Source: Malacoraja senta
Lineage: Eukaryota
NCBI GenBank assembly: GCA_038087875.1
Contig: CM075988.1
Coordinates: forward strand, 3,472,001-3,536,000
Reading direction: 5' to 3'
DNA length: 64,000 nt
The notes beneath the pieces are model-generated. The model was not told the origin of the DNA. It searched no databases and saw nothing but the letters and a program-made list of their open reading frames with translations. The position numbers and the translations under genes are program-made. Positions 12,005 through 23,381 of the stretch are shown here, piece by piece (positions within the stretch are counted from its first letter, which is position 1; every line of letters starts with the position of its first letter).

Positions 12005-15000
12005 TTTCTTGAAATAGTCTGAACTGACACTATCTTGTATGGTTTTTCGTGAATGATAAACAATCGTGTTTTCATATTTCATAAGACCTTTGTAGATAGA
12101 TAGATAGATTCCTTTATTGTCATTCAGACCTTTCGGTCTGAACGAAACGTCGTTGCCTGCAGTCATACATATAAATAAATAACAAAACACACAATAAACA
12201 CAAATTAACATCCACCACAGTGAGTTCATCAGGCACCTCCTCACTGTGATGGAGGCAAAAGTCTTAAAGTCTCTGTCTCTTCCCTCTTTGTTCTCCCTTG
12301 GCGCTGAGGCGATCCAGGCTTTTGACGCTGTGACCCCGCCGGGTGATGGTAAGTCAGTCCCGTGGCTAAATCCGTGCTCCGTCCGCGACGGGCCGGTTCA
12401 AACTCCGCGGCCCGGGGTGGCTGAAGCTGCCGCCCTCCAGTCCAGCGGACGCAGCTGTAGTTGCGGGAGCCACAGAAAAACAGGTCACCCACCCGCGACC
12501 TGCGAGCTCCCGACGATGTCGTCCACCGGGCCCGCGGCCGAGCCTCCAGACTCAAGTCACCACCAGCGTAGCCTCAATGTATTGCAACAAATATGTCTTA
12601 ACACATAGACATGGATCCATGGAATATGCTAATAAAACACTCTTGAATCCTATCACCCCTGAACCTACTTCATTTGAGTAGGTCATAAAATGTAAAACAT
12701 AACATAATCCTGAGGTACTTCCATCCTGTGTATCTGTAACTTTTGTAATGTCTGCACTCTCTGTGCTTGTTACAAGTGCCATAAGCATGACTACCTTCAT
12801 ACTGAATTTGGCCAAATCAGAATCGTACCAAGAGTCCATTGGTGAAGTACAGTAGCTTAAAACCACTCTATATTCCAGATTGCCATACCTAGGTTTAAAA
12901 GGTCTGCAATTAAAATTCCTTTCATTAATCTGGAAATGAAAGAACGAGACTGAACAGGATGTCTTTCCAACCCCATCAATAAAAAACAAGGACAATGTAC
13001 TTCTGGCTGAATAAATCGCACTATAACTCAACCCCTCAAATAGAGTGTTGAGAAAACCTAAGACATTTGAGACATGTGCCATACAACATTCAATATTCTT
13101 TTGTAAACAGAAAATTTCCCCCATTCTTTACATAATGGGAAAGCAGCATTTACAGAGTCACAACCTCAGATTCGCAAATGTACTGCTTTGGAGTGCTCTT
13201 CCACCAGACTGCTGTAAGCATGTCCACAGTATGCCCAGACACTTTTTAAAACCTGCAAATTAACAGATCCATACAGGCATATAACGGATATTACTCTCCA
13301 ATTATCGGATACACCGGTAAATCCCTTCTTTTGTGAACCTTTAGCAGAAACTGTGTCATTAATTCCAATATCAAAGGGAACCATGGCTGCGTAGACCAGT
13401 CCGGTACCACCAGTACCCCAGAGGCATCATCCTGCTTCATTTTAAGCAGACACCGGTTTATGAGACAGAATGATGGAAAATGCATATAAAAGCATACCAC
13501 CCTAATGTAGCGAGAAAACATCAATCGCTACTGTCTCCCGATGTAGTTCCCATAACACATATCTCTGTAACTGGTGATTGAGTCTGGATGTAAACAAATT
13601 TTTACTTCTATTTATTTTTTACTGCACACTGAAATGGACACTGGTTGAGGAACGTTTTTTTGTTTCCTCTGGGTATGCGAATACTCAGGAAATGACAATA
13701 AAGATATACAATACAATACAAGTCGTATCTGGCTTCCCAAATCTGACTGCTATATCATTAAAATCTTAAGGTTCAACATCCATTCTTTGTTATCATGGAA
13801 ATTCCCATAACCTGGTGTCTGCTACTATATTGAATCTACCTGATAGATAAATAGCTGAAACCAAATATTTGTCAACACACCAAGTCCAGATTTGATTAGC
13901 CAATTTGTCACATGACACCAACTTAATTCCACCCATACAATTAATACATGCCATTGCTGTAGTATTGTTAATTTGAAGCTGAACATGCAGATTAGTTGTA
14001 TTAACAACAAGCTTGGAACTCATAAGCCTTCCAATAGCTGTAAAACGTCGGTTCTCCATGTCTGCAAAAATAATGCCTCTTCCGTATTCCATCTGTCCAC
14101 AGATGGATACCATTTCAGTGGCACCAATCCTAGTGCATTGACATCAGTCTGTAAGACCATGGAAGGCTGTTCAATCAGTATCTTGCTTGAACTACTGGAG
14201 ACATGTTAAATCCACCACTGCAGAAGCAGCATTTTTTTGTTTAACTGCATGGCCTATCAAAAATGGCCACCATGCATCTTAGTGCCTTTTCTTTTTGCCG
14301 TCTGTAGCTGCTGGTAGTACAATGGTCCATATTGTATTGCTGGAAATAACACTAATTTCCCTAGCAAGCTGGCCACCTGTCTTAATAGAATATTGTTGCT
14401 TTTTCAACAGCTTAATGCAACCATCAATCAGCTCTACCCTTTACCCTGGGTAAAATTAATACCATGTCAATTGAATCAATTGCGAAATTAAAATAATCAA
14501 TTGTTGTAACTGACATTAACCTTAATTTCTGACTGGATGAATTCAATTCAAAACTTTCAAAAGTGGATTGAACAATTGAGTGAGATAACTCACTAATTTT
14601 CTTGTTCGTCCTAATCATCCAGGTAAGCCATCAACATCCGTCCTTGGACTCTAATCTGCCCCAAAAATTGGTTTTGCCAACTTAGTGAAATTCTAGGAAC
14701 TGAAGTTAATCCATTAGACAGAACTTTGAATTGCCATAATTGTTTCATTCAGATAAACTTCAAATATTTGTATCTTACAAATGAACAGACACTGAGTAAT
14801 ATACGTCTTTCAGATCTATAGGTGCCATATAACATCTTTTGAAATAAGTTGAATGGCAGTCTCAAAGTCTCCATTTTGAAGTGTCTATACTTCACAAAAT
14901 TTTAAAGACGTCAGATCTAAAATACTCCTCACCGTTTTAGGTCGAGAACATTTAAACACAATTTGGTGGTTTTGATAAACCAACCTTTCAATTACTTGTT

Positions 15001-15228
15001 TATAGACAAGTTTTCAAATTCAGCTTGAACCTCCATCACTTATTTTTGTGAAATTGGAGAGTTCTGCTAGGAACATGCTGGATGGCAAATCACTATTTGG
15101 ATTGAATCAATTCGAAACCTTTGAATAATACTCAGAATAATAAATCTGAAGTAATTTGCTTCCAATATTTGGCTGTTTTTGCCTTAATATGTTCCCATGA
15201 CAACCAGGTCCACCTACCTCCTTTGTCC
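12005..15228 (-). mobile_element. Degenerate DIRS (tyrosine recombinase) retrotransposon, copy A: RT, RNase H, MT-like and YR remnants
   Basis: RNase H LQINNTTAMACINCMGG...IYLSGRFNIVAD (13793-14113); MT-like FPSFCLINRCLLKMKQD...VPDWSTQPWFP (13291-13524); YR GLSYSAIYSARSTLS...RPFKPRY (12570-13124); RT remnants to ~15220. Many frameshifts. Confidence 0.9.
12091..12567 (-). mobile_element. Non-LTR element with a Rex1-like 3' end inserted in the DIRS YR (duplicated at ~16330-16806)
   Basis: Minus strand ends in hairpin TTCAGACCGAAAGGTCTGAA, GACAATAAAGG and (TCTA)n. It splits the YR between YIEAT and KGL. Confidence 0.7.
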
Positions 15229-18200
15229 ACCATCGATTATCCGTTCACACTAGTTTAGTTTAGTTTAGTTTAGAGATACAGCGCGGAAACAGTCCCTTCG
15301 GCCCACCGGGCCTGCGCCGACCAGCGATCCCCGCACATTAACATTATCCCATACCCACTAGGGACAATTTTTACATTTACACCAAGCCAATTAACCTACA
15401 AACCTGTACGTCTTTGGAGCGTGGGAGGAAACCGAAGATCTCGGGGGGAACCCACGCAGGTCACAGGGAGAATGTACAAACTCCGTACAGACAGCACCCA
15501 TAGTCGGGATTGAACCCGGGTCTCTGGAGCTGCATTCGCTGTAAGGCAGCAACTCAATCGCTGCGCCACTGTGACCGCCCGTGTTATCCCACTTTCTCAC
15601 CCTCTCCCGGCATACTGGGGAATTTACAGATGGCCAATTAACCTACGAACCCGCACATCTTTGGGATGTCTGAGATTAATAAGAATGTCAGGGGGTATGG
15701 GGCGAAGGCAGGAGAATGGGGTTGAAAGGGAAAGATAAATCAGCCAAGATTGGATGGCAGAGTAGACTTGATGGGCCGAATGTTCTAATTTTGCTCCTGG
15801 ATCTCATGAAAACTGGAGCACCTCGAGGAAACCCACGGGATTACAGGAAGAATGTGCAAACTCCACATAGCCAACACCCAAGGCCAGGTTTGGTCTCTGG
15901 CGCTGTGAGGCAGCAGCTCTACCCGCTATGCCCTACCATGCGATTTGAAGGGGAGTTTGGTGGGGCGATACTTCCCTGTGCCATTGTCCTTGTCCTCTTG
16001 AAGATGTTTTGTGAGTTTGAAGAGGCTCGCTAAAACCCAAGAGTGAAATAGAGGGCTGGGGTCATGTCGGTGGCACATGGAAAGCGGCCAAGACAGCTGA
16101 ACACTCTGTCAACAGGGAAGAGGAACTTGCACAATCCAGAAGTACGAGGGTTCAGGAGGTGGTTAAGAATGCATCAATTGTTTGGATATTTGTGAAACCA
16201 GTCTTGCAACAAAGAAATACATCAGTCACCACCTCTCCTGACCTTCTTGAAACAGTCTGAACTGACACTATCTTGTATGGTTTTTCGTGAATGATAAACA
16301 ATCGTGTTTTCATATTTCATAAGACCTTTGTAGATAGATAGATAGATTCCTTTATTGTCATTCAGACCTTTCGGTCTGAACGAAACGTCGTTGCCTGCAG
16401 TCATACATATAAATAAATAACAAAACACACAATAAACACAAATTAACATCCACCACAGTGAGTTCATCAGGCACCTCCTCACTGTGATGGAGGCAAAAGT
16501 CTTAAAGTCTCTGTCTCTTCCCTCTTTGTTCTCCCTCTGCGCTGAGGCGATCCAGGCTTTTGACGCTGTGACCCCGCCGGGTGATGGTAAGTCAGTCCCG
16601 CGGCTGAATCCGTGCTCCGTCCGCGACGGGCCGGTTCAAACTCCGCGGCCCGGGGTGGCTGAAGCTGCCGCCCTCCAGTCCAGCGGACGCAGCTGTAGTT
16701 GCGGGAGCCCCAGAAAAACAGGTCACCCACCTGCGACCTGCGAGCTCCCGACAATGTCGTCCACCGGGCCTGCGGCCGAGCCTCCAGACTCAAGTCACCA
16801 CCAGCGTAGCCTCAATGTATTGCAACAAATATGTCTTAACACATAGACATGGATCCATGGAATATGCTAATAAAACACTCTTGAATCCTATCACCCCTGA
16901 ACCTACTTCATTTGAGTAGGTTATAAAATGTAAAACATAACATAATCCTGAGGTACTTCCATCCTGTGTATCTGTAACTTTTGTAATGTCTGCATTCTCT
17001 GTGCTTGTTACAAGTGCCATAAGCATGACTACCTTCATACTGAATTTGGCCAAATCAGAATCGTACCAAGAGTCCATTGGTGAAGTACAGTAGCTTAAAA
17101 CCACTCTATATTCCAGATTGCCATACCTAGGTTTAAAAGGTCTGCAATTAAAATTCCTTTCATTAATCTGGAAATGAAAGAACGAGACTGAACAGGATGT
17201 CTTTCCAACCCCATCAATAAAAAACAAGGACAATGTACTTCTGGCTGAATAAATCGCACTATAACTCAACCTCTCAAATAGAGTGTTGAGAAAACCTAAG
17301 ACATTTGAGACATGTGCCATACAACATTGAATATTCTTTTGTACACAGAAAATTTCCCCCATTCTTTACATAATGGGAAAGCAGCATTTACAGAGTCACA
17401 ACCTCAGATTCGCAAATGTACTTCTTTTGAGTGCTCTTCCGCCAGACTGCTGTAAGCATGTCCACAGTATGCCCAGACAATCCACTTTTTAAAACCTGCA
17501 AATTAACAGATCCATACAGGCATATAACGGATATTACTCTCCAATTATCGGATACACCAGTAAATCCCTTCTTTTGTGAACCTTTAGCAGAAACTGTGTC
17601 ACTAATTCCAATATCAAAGGGAACCAAGGCTGCGTAGACCAGTCCGGTACCACCAGTTCCCCAGAGGCAGCATCCTGCTTCATTTTAAGCAGACACCGAT
17701 TTATGAGACAGAATGATAGAAAATGCATATTAAAACATACCATCCTAATGTAGCGAGAAAACATCAATCGCTACTGTCTCCTGATGTAGTTCCCACAACA
17801 CATATCTCTGTAACTGGTGATTGAGTCTGGATGTAAACAAATTTTTACTTCTATTTATTTTTTACTGCACAGTGAAATGGACACTGGTTGAGGAATGTTT
17901 TTTTGTTTCCTCTGGGTATGCGAATACTCAGGAAATGACAATAAAGATATACAATACAATACAAGTCGTATCTGGCTTCCCAAATCTGACTGCTATATCA
18001 TTAAAATCTTAAGGTTCAACATCCATTCTTTGTTATCATGGAAATTCCCATAACCTGGTGTCTGCTACTATATTGAATCTACCTGATAGATAAATAGCTG
18101 AAACCAAATATTTGTCAACACACCAAGTCCAGATTTGATTAGCCAATTTGTCACATGACACCAACTTAATTCCACCCATACAATTAATACATGCCATTGC

Positions 18201-18641
18201 TGTAGTATTGTTAATTTGAAGCTGAACATGCAGATTAGTTGTATTAACAACAAGCTTGGAACTCATAAGCCTTCCAATAGCTGTAAAACGTAGATTCTCC
18301 ATGTCTGCAAAAATAATGCCTCTTCCATATTCCATCTGTCCACAGATGGATACCAATGCAGTGGCACCAATCCTAGTGCATTGACATCAGTCTGTAAGAC
18401 CATGGAAGGCTGTTCAATCAGTATCTTGCTTGAACTACTGGAGACATGTTAAATCCACCACTGCAGAAGCAGCATTTTTTGTTTAACTGCATGGCCTATC
18501 AAAAATGGCCACCATGCATCTTAGTGCCTTTTCTTTTTGCCGTCTGTAGCTGCTGGTAGTACAATGGTCCATATTGTATTGCTGGAAATAACACTAATTT
18601 TCCTAGCAAGCTGACCACCTGTCTTAATAGAATATTGTTGC
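15229..18641. repeat. Copy B of the duplication
   Basis: Starts accatcgattatccg and ends aatattgttgc, as does copy A. Confidence 0.95.
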
Positions 18642-19390
18642 AGGAGTAGAACATCTGGCAGCTGCCGTCTTCGCTTGTATCGGCCTCACCGTCAGATTCA
18701 GGGTCAGAACTCTCACAGAGCAGCGAATCGTACTGCCAGAAATAGAACATCTGGCAGCTGCCGTCTTCGCTTGTATCGGAAACTCTGCTGACCCTGTGCA
18801 CGTGCCTCACCAATGAGGGTGCTCTCAAACAGCCTTTTGCTAGGTGCTGCTGACCTGGCTTCTGGAGCCTGGCTTTAGCTACACTCTTCCCTGAGTGTGC
18901 TTGGCTTGAGTAACCTGTGTAACAGGCTCTCCATTTGAGAAATCCGCTCAACAGCAGTATCCAGCCCTAGAGTCGAATCCTCCTGATCGAACTCCTCCTC
19001 CGTGGGCTTGAAGGACTTGAACTTAGCGCTGACTGTATTCTTTTAAGACCCAAGTCCGCAGTCGCTACGCTCCCAGCCGGCGACTGTACAGGGGTCTGAG
19101 GCAGCTGTTCGCCGACCGCAATCTTGCGACTTTCCACCGGCTTTGCCGCTCGCCTCTTCCCCTTGCCCGTTTTTTCCATGGTGCCTGTGGAAAAAATCCC
19201 CACAGACCCACAACAAACGGACCCGGAAACTTCTGAAATTTTTTTTCTTACCTCGTAGTTCAAAACTACATTTCCACTAGAGGAGCGCTGCTCCTCACAT
19301 CCGTTCGCGCCAATGCGTCTGACGTAATGACGCGCAGGCGCCCTGACGGGTCTTCTTCACGTAGTCACTCACGTGACTCCGAAGTAAAAT
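16243..19390 (-). mobile_element. DIRS copy B with an internal deletion, retaining the gag-side 5' end and terminus
   Basis: Same YR/MT/RNase H remnants as copy A. Jumps at 18641 to gag-like sequence and ends TCTTCACGTAGTCACTCACGTGACTCCGAAGTAAAAT, matching the DIRS terminus at 60911. Confidence 0.9.
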
Positions 19391-19680
19391 ATCAATTTCT
19401 ACAACTTCAAGTAACATTGCATCCCCTCTCTCTCCGTCCCTCCCCAATCTCTAGTTGTTGTACTAGTTTCACTACCGACCTGCGGAGTTACCCTGTTTGT
19501 ATCAACTTCCGCACAGCCAACAATGGACCATTGTGGGCTGCACCTTTCCCAGATCATCGTCGCTGGCTTTGAGTTGTCCTTTTGCATGTCTTTCATTCAT
19601 TTGTTCTATGTAGCTTTTTATATCTCCCTATATCTCCCTTTTTATATCTCTCGTTTCCCTCTCTCCCGACTCCCAGTATA
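19391..19680 (+). mobile_element. Penelope 3' fragment (target of the DIRS)
   Basis: NINFYNFK* end of the ORF followed by pLTR sequence. Confidence 0.7.
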
Positions 19681-20160
19681 TTTGGTAATGGCAGGTACAA
19701 CAACACATACCTGAAGCAGTGCAACAAAGAACAAATAGTGCAACAACAAAATGAATGAATGAGATGGAGTTAAGAGGAAGAGTACATAGGCGGCAGCTTA
19801 GTGAAGGGGTGTGAAGAGGTGAAGATAGACACAGAGCTGGAGTAACTCAGCAGGTCAGGTAGCATCTCTGGAAAAGAGGAACAGGTGACATTTCAGGTTG
19901 GTGCCCTTCTTCAGAAGAGGTGTGAAGAGGTGTTTGGTTCAAAAATTGGATCACAATTAGGAACATGTTGCTCTTGAAGTCTTGATATTTGGGCTTTCAA
20001 GTGCCAGTATCTTAGTTGCTGCCCTACAGCGCCAGAGACCCGGGTTTGATCCTGACTACAGGTGCAGTCTTTATGGAATTTGTACGGTCTCCTTGTGACC
20101 GCGTGGGTTTTCTCCGGGTGCTCCGGTTTTCTCCCACGTTCTAAAGATGTGCAGGTTTAT

Positions 20161-20490
20161 ATAGATATATATAGATTTATATAGATACATAGATACATAG
20201 AAAATAGGTGCAGGAGTAGGCCATTCGGCCCTTCGAGCCTGCACCGCCATTCAATATGATCATGGCTGATCATCCAACTCAGTATCCCGTACCTGCCTTC
20301 TCTCCATACCCCCTGATCCCTTTAGCCACAAGGGCCACATCTAACTCCCTCTTAAATATAGCCAATGAACTGGCCTCAACTACCCTCTGTGGCAGAGAGT
20401 TCCAGAGATTCACCACTCTCTGTGTGAAAAAGTTTTTCCTCATCTCGGTCTTAAAGGATTTCCCCCTTATCCTTAAGCTGTGACCTCTTG
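20161..20490 (-). mobile_element. CR1 3' fragment inserted in a V-SINE (~20013-20606, +)
   Basis: (ATAG)-rich tail; the SINE resumes after the fragment. Confidence 0.85.
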
Positions 20491-21007
20491 TTATAGGTTA
20501 CTTGTCTTCTGTAAATTGTCCCTAGTGTGTAGAATAGAATTAGTGTACAGGCGATCGCTGGCTGGCTGGTCTAGGTGGGCTGAAGGGCCTGTTTCTACGC
20601 TGTATATTAGTTTAGTTTTGTTCCATTTAGAGATACAGCATGGAAACAGGCCCTTCGTCCCACTGAGTCCACGCCGAACAGCGATCCCTGCACACTAACA
20701 CTATCCTACACACAAACTAGGGACAGCAGTAGAGCTGCTGCCTGACAGCGCCAGAGACCCGGGTTCAATTCTGACTACGGGTGCTGTCTGTATGGAGTTT
20801 GTATGTTCTCCCCGTGACCTGTGTGGGTTTTCTCCGAGATCTTTGGTTCCTTTCCACACTCCAAATGTTAATTCTGCTTCTTCTACCCCGTGTCTGGGTC
20901 AGTCAAACACTGAGTCAAGCACTGGAATCCAAACTATTTTATTCAACTTCAGCTCCACTCACTCAACTGGGTCAACTTCTGTTCCACTCACTCTAGCCCG
21001 TGACTGT

Positions 21008-21527
21008 TGTCATGGTTTTAAGACTCAAAGTTTGGATAAGATGACACAGACACGGAGAATTCTTCAAGAAGACGAAAGCCTTTATTTGCAAATATTCAGC
21101 TGGAACCTTCAAAGACGGCATCACCTGCCCGTTCTCTGCTCTCTGATCCACAGAAACAAGCAGCTTTTTATTGCACTCTTTCAGCCTTATCTCTGCTACA
21201 TTATCTTGCATGCTTGTACTCCTTTCACATCAATCTATCTTCAATTCTAATATTCTCTGTCTTGCCACCATTATTTCCAACCTTGGTCCAGTTTTTACAT
21301 TTCCTCTCTTATCTCTTCCTCTCTCGCCGCCCTGAAATTCCAAACTATTGCTTTTAATTTCCCAGCTATGTTTCAGCTAAAGCCAAGGTTAGACGACACC
21401 ATTTTGTACTGTTACACACACCATTTTACACTGTTACATATTAGCTTATGTTTAATACAAGGATATAAATGTAAAAATAAGTAACTTGTTTATAACTTAA
21501 AGTAACTTGTTTATAACTTCCATATAA
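21008..21527 (-). repeat. ERV 3' LTR
   Basis: Near-identical to 27748-28271; adjacent PPT AGAGGAGGGAG on the minus strand (~21528-21538). Confidence 0.93.
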
Positions 21528-22130
21528 CTCCCTCCTCTGAGACTCCACCGAGTCTCAAATGACAAAGAAAACCACACACACATCCCCCAGGTCAAATTAC
21601 CCATAGAGCCTTAAAATGCAGGCTCTTTTAATTAAGTTTGCTTAATGCTGTGTAGTGGTCTTTCACTGGCTCCCTGAGAAACTGGCCAAAAACCCACCCC
21701 CATGACGTGAGGCAGGAAAAAAGGATCCAGTTTCCCTTCCAGACTTCGTTTAACATTTTCCTGACACTTCTTCTCCATCGTAGTAGTATTCTATCACCGA
21801 GATCCACTTCCCTTGAGGGCCTGATTCGTCTTCACCCGTTATCATTGGCAGTTGCTTCACAGTAGCTTTCACCAGTAGAGACTTAATACAGGGGGAAACA
21901 CAGCACAACTTGATTGCCACTGCAAATAGTACGATCCTAATGGTCAAACCAATTTTAATCAGCCATGCTCCCCAAACCCCCCAACATGCTCTCCAGCCAC
22001 CCAAACAATTGATGTCTGAACCCTACATTTCTATTAACCTCACTCCTTACCCATGGCTTTAGTGAAAGACCCCTCCGGGCTAGTATTATTACATATGAAG
22101 GTGAAGCATTGTTCCCCAAACAAGACACAT

Positions 22131-23381
22131 ACTCCCCTCCATTGCTTTCCCGTCCATATACCTATATTAATGCTCAGTTTATTTTTAAATGATAAAATCG
22201 AACCTGCCTCCACCACTTCCACTGGAAGCTCATTTCCACACAGCTACCACTCTCTGAGTAAAGAAGTTCCCCCTAATGTTACCCCTAAACTTCTGTCCCC
22301 TAATTCTCAAATCATGTCCTCTTGTTTGAATCTTCCCTACTCTCAATTGAAAAAGCTTATCCACGTCAACTCTGTCTATCCCTCTCATCATAACCTTCTG
22401 CGCTCCAAACAATAAAGACCTAACTTGTTCAACCTTTCTCTGTAACTTAGTTGCTGAAACCCAGGCAACATTCTAGTAAATCTTCTCTGTACTCTCTCTA
22501 TTTTGTTGACATCTTTCCTATAATTTGAAGACCAAAATTGCACACCATACTCCATAATTGGCCTCACCAATGCCTTGTACAATTTTAACATTACATCCCA
22601 ACTTCTATACTCAATGCTCTGATTTATAAAGGCCAACACACCAAAAGCTTTCTTTACCACCCTATCTACACGAGATTACACCTTCAGGGAACTATGCACA
22701 GTTATTCCTAGATCCCTCTGTTCAACTGCATTCCTCAATTTGCTACCATTTACCATGTACGTCCTATTTTGATTTGTCCTGCCAAGATGTAGCACCTCAC
22801 ACTTATCAACATTAATCTCCATCTGCCATCTTTCAGCCCACTCTTCCAAATGGCCTAAATCTCTCTGTAGACTTTGAAAATCTACTTAATTATCCACAAC
22901 ACCACCTATCTTAGTATCATCTGCATGCTTACTAATCCAATTTACCACACCATCATCCAGATCATTGATGTATATGACAAACAACAGTGGACCCAACACA
23001 GATCCCTGAGGCACCCCACTAGTCATTGGCCTCCAACCTGACAAACAGCCATCCACCATTACTCTCTGGCATCTCCCATACAGCCACTGTTTAATCCATC
23101 TTGCTACTCCACCATTAATACCCAACAATTGAACCTTCTTAACCAACCTTCCATGTGGAACCTTGTCAAAGGCCTTACCGAAGTCCATATAGACAACATC
23201 CACCGCTTTACCCTCATCAATTTCCCTAGTAACCTCTTCAAAAATTCAAGAAGATTAGTCAAACATGACCTGCCAGGCACAAATCCATGTTGACTGTTCC
23301 TAATCAGACCCTGTTTCCAGATGCTTATATATATTATCTTTAAGTATCCTTTCCATTAATTTGCTCACCACTGACGTCAAA
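22131..23381 (-). mobile_element. CR1 RT fragment inside the ERV env region
   Basis: [13 protein letters not shown]...[13 protein letters not shown]...KHADD; highly similar to the CR1 at 53479-56166. Confidence 0.93.

Larger units (their letters stand above)
11202..14399. repeat. Copy A of a ~3.2-3.4 kb direct (tandem) duplication
   Basis: Collinear with 15229-18641; the ORF track is nearly identical in both copies. Confidence 0.95.

Noticed and set aside
12241..12608. GC-rich 104-120 aa ORFs conserved in both duplicates
   Set aside because: They lie in a retroposon insertion. The conservation simply reflects the duplication, and I recognise no domain.
21750..22130. Domesticated env (syncytin-like) gene
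   Set aside because: Only a frameshifted TM remnant remains and SU is absent.
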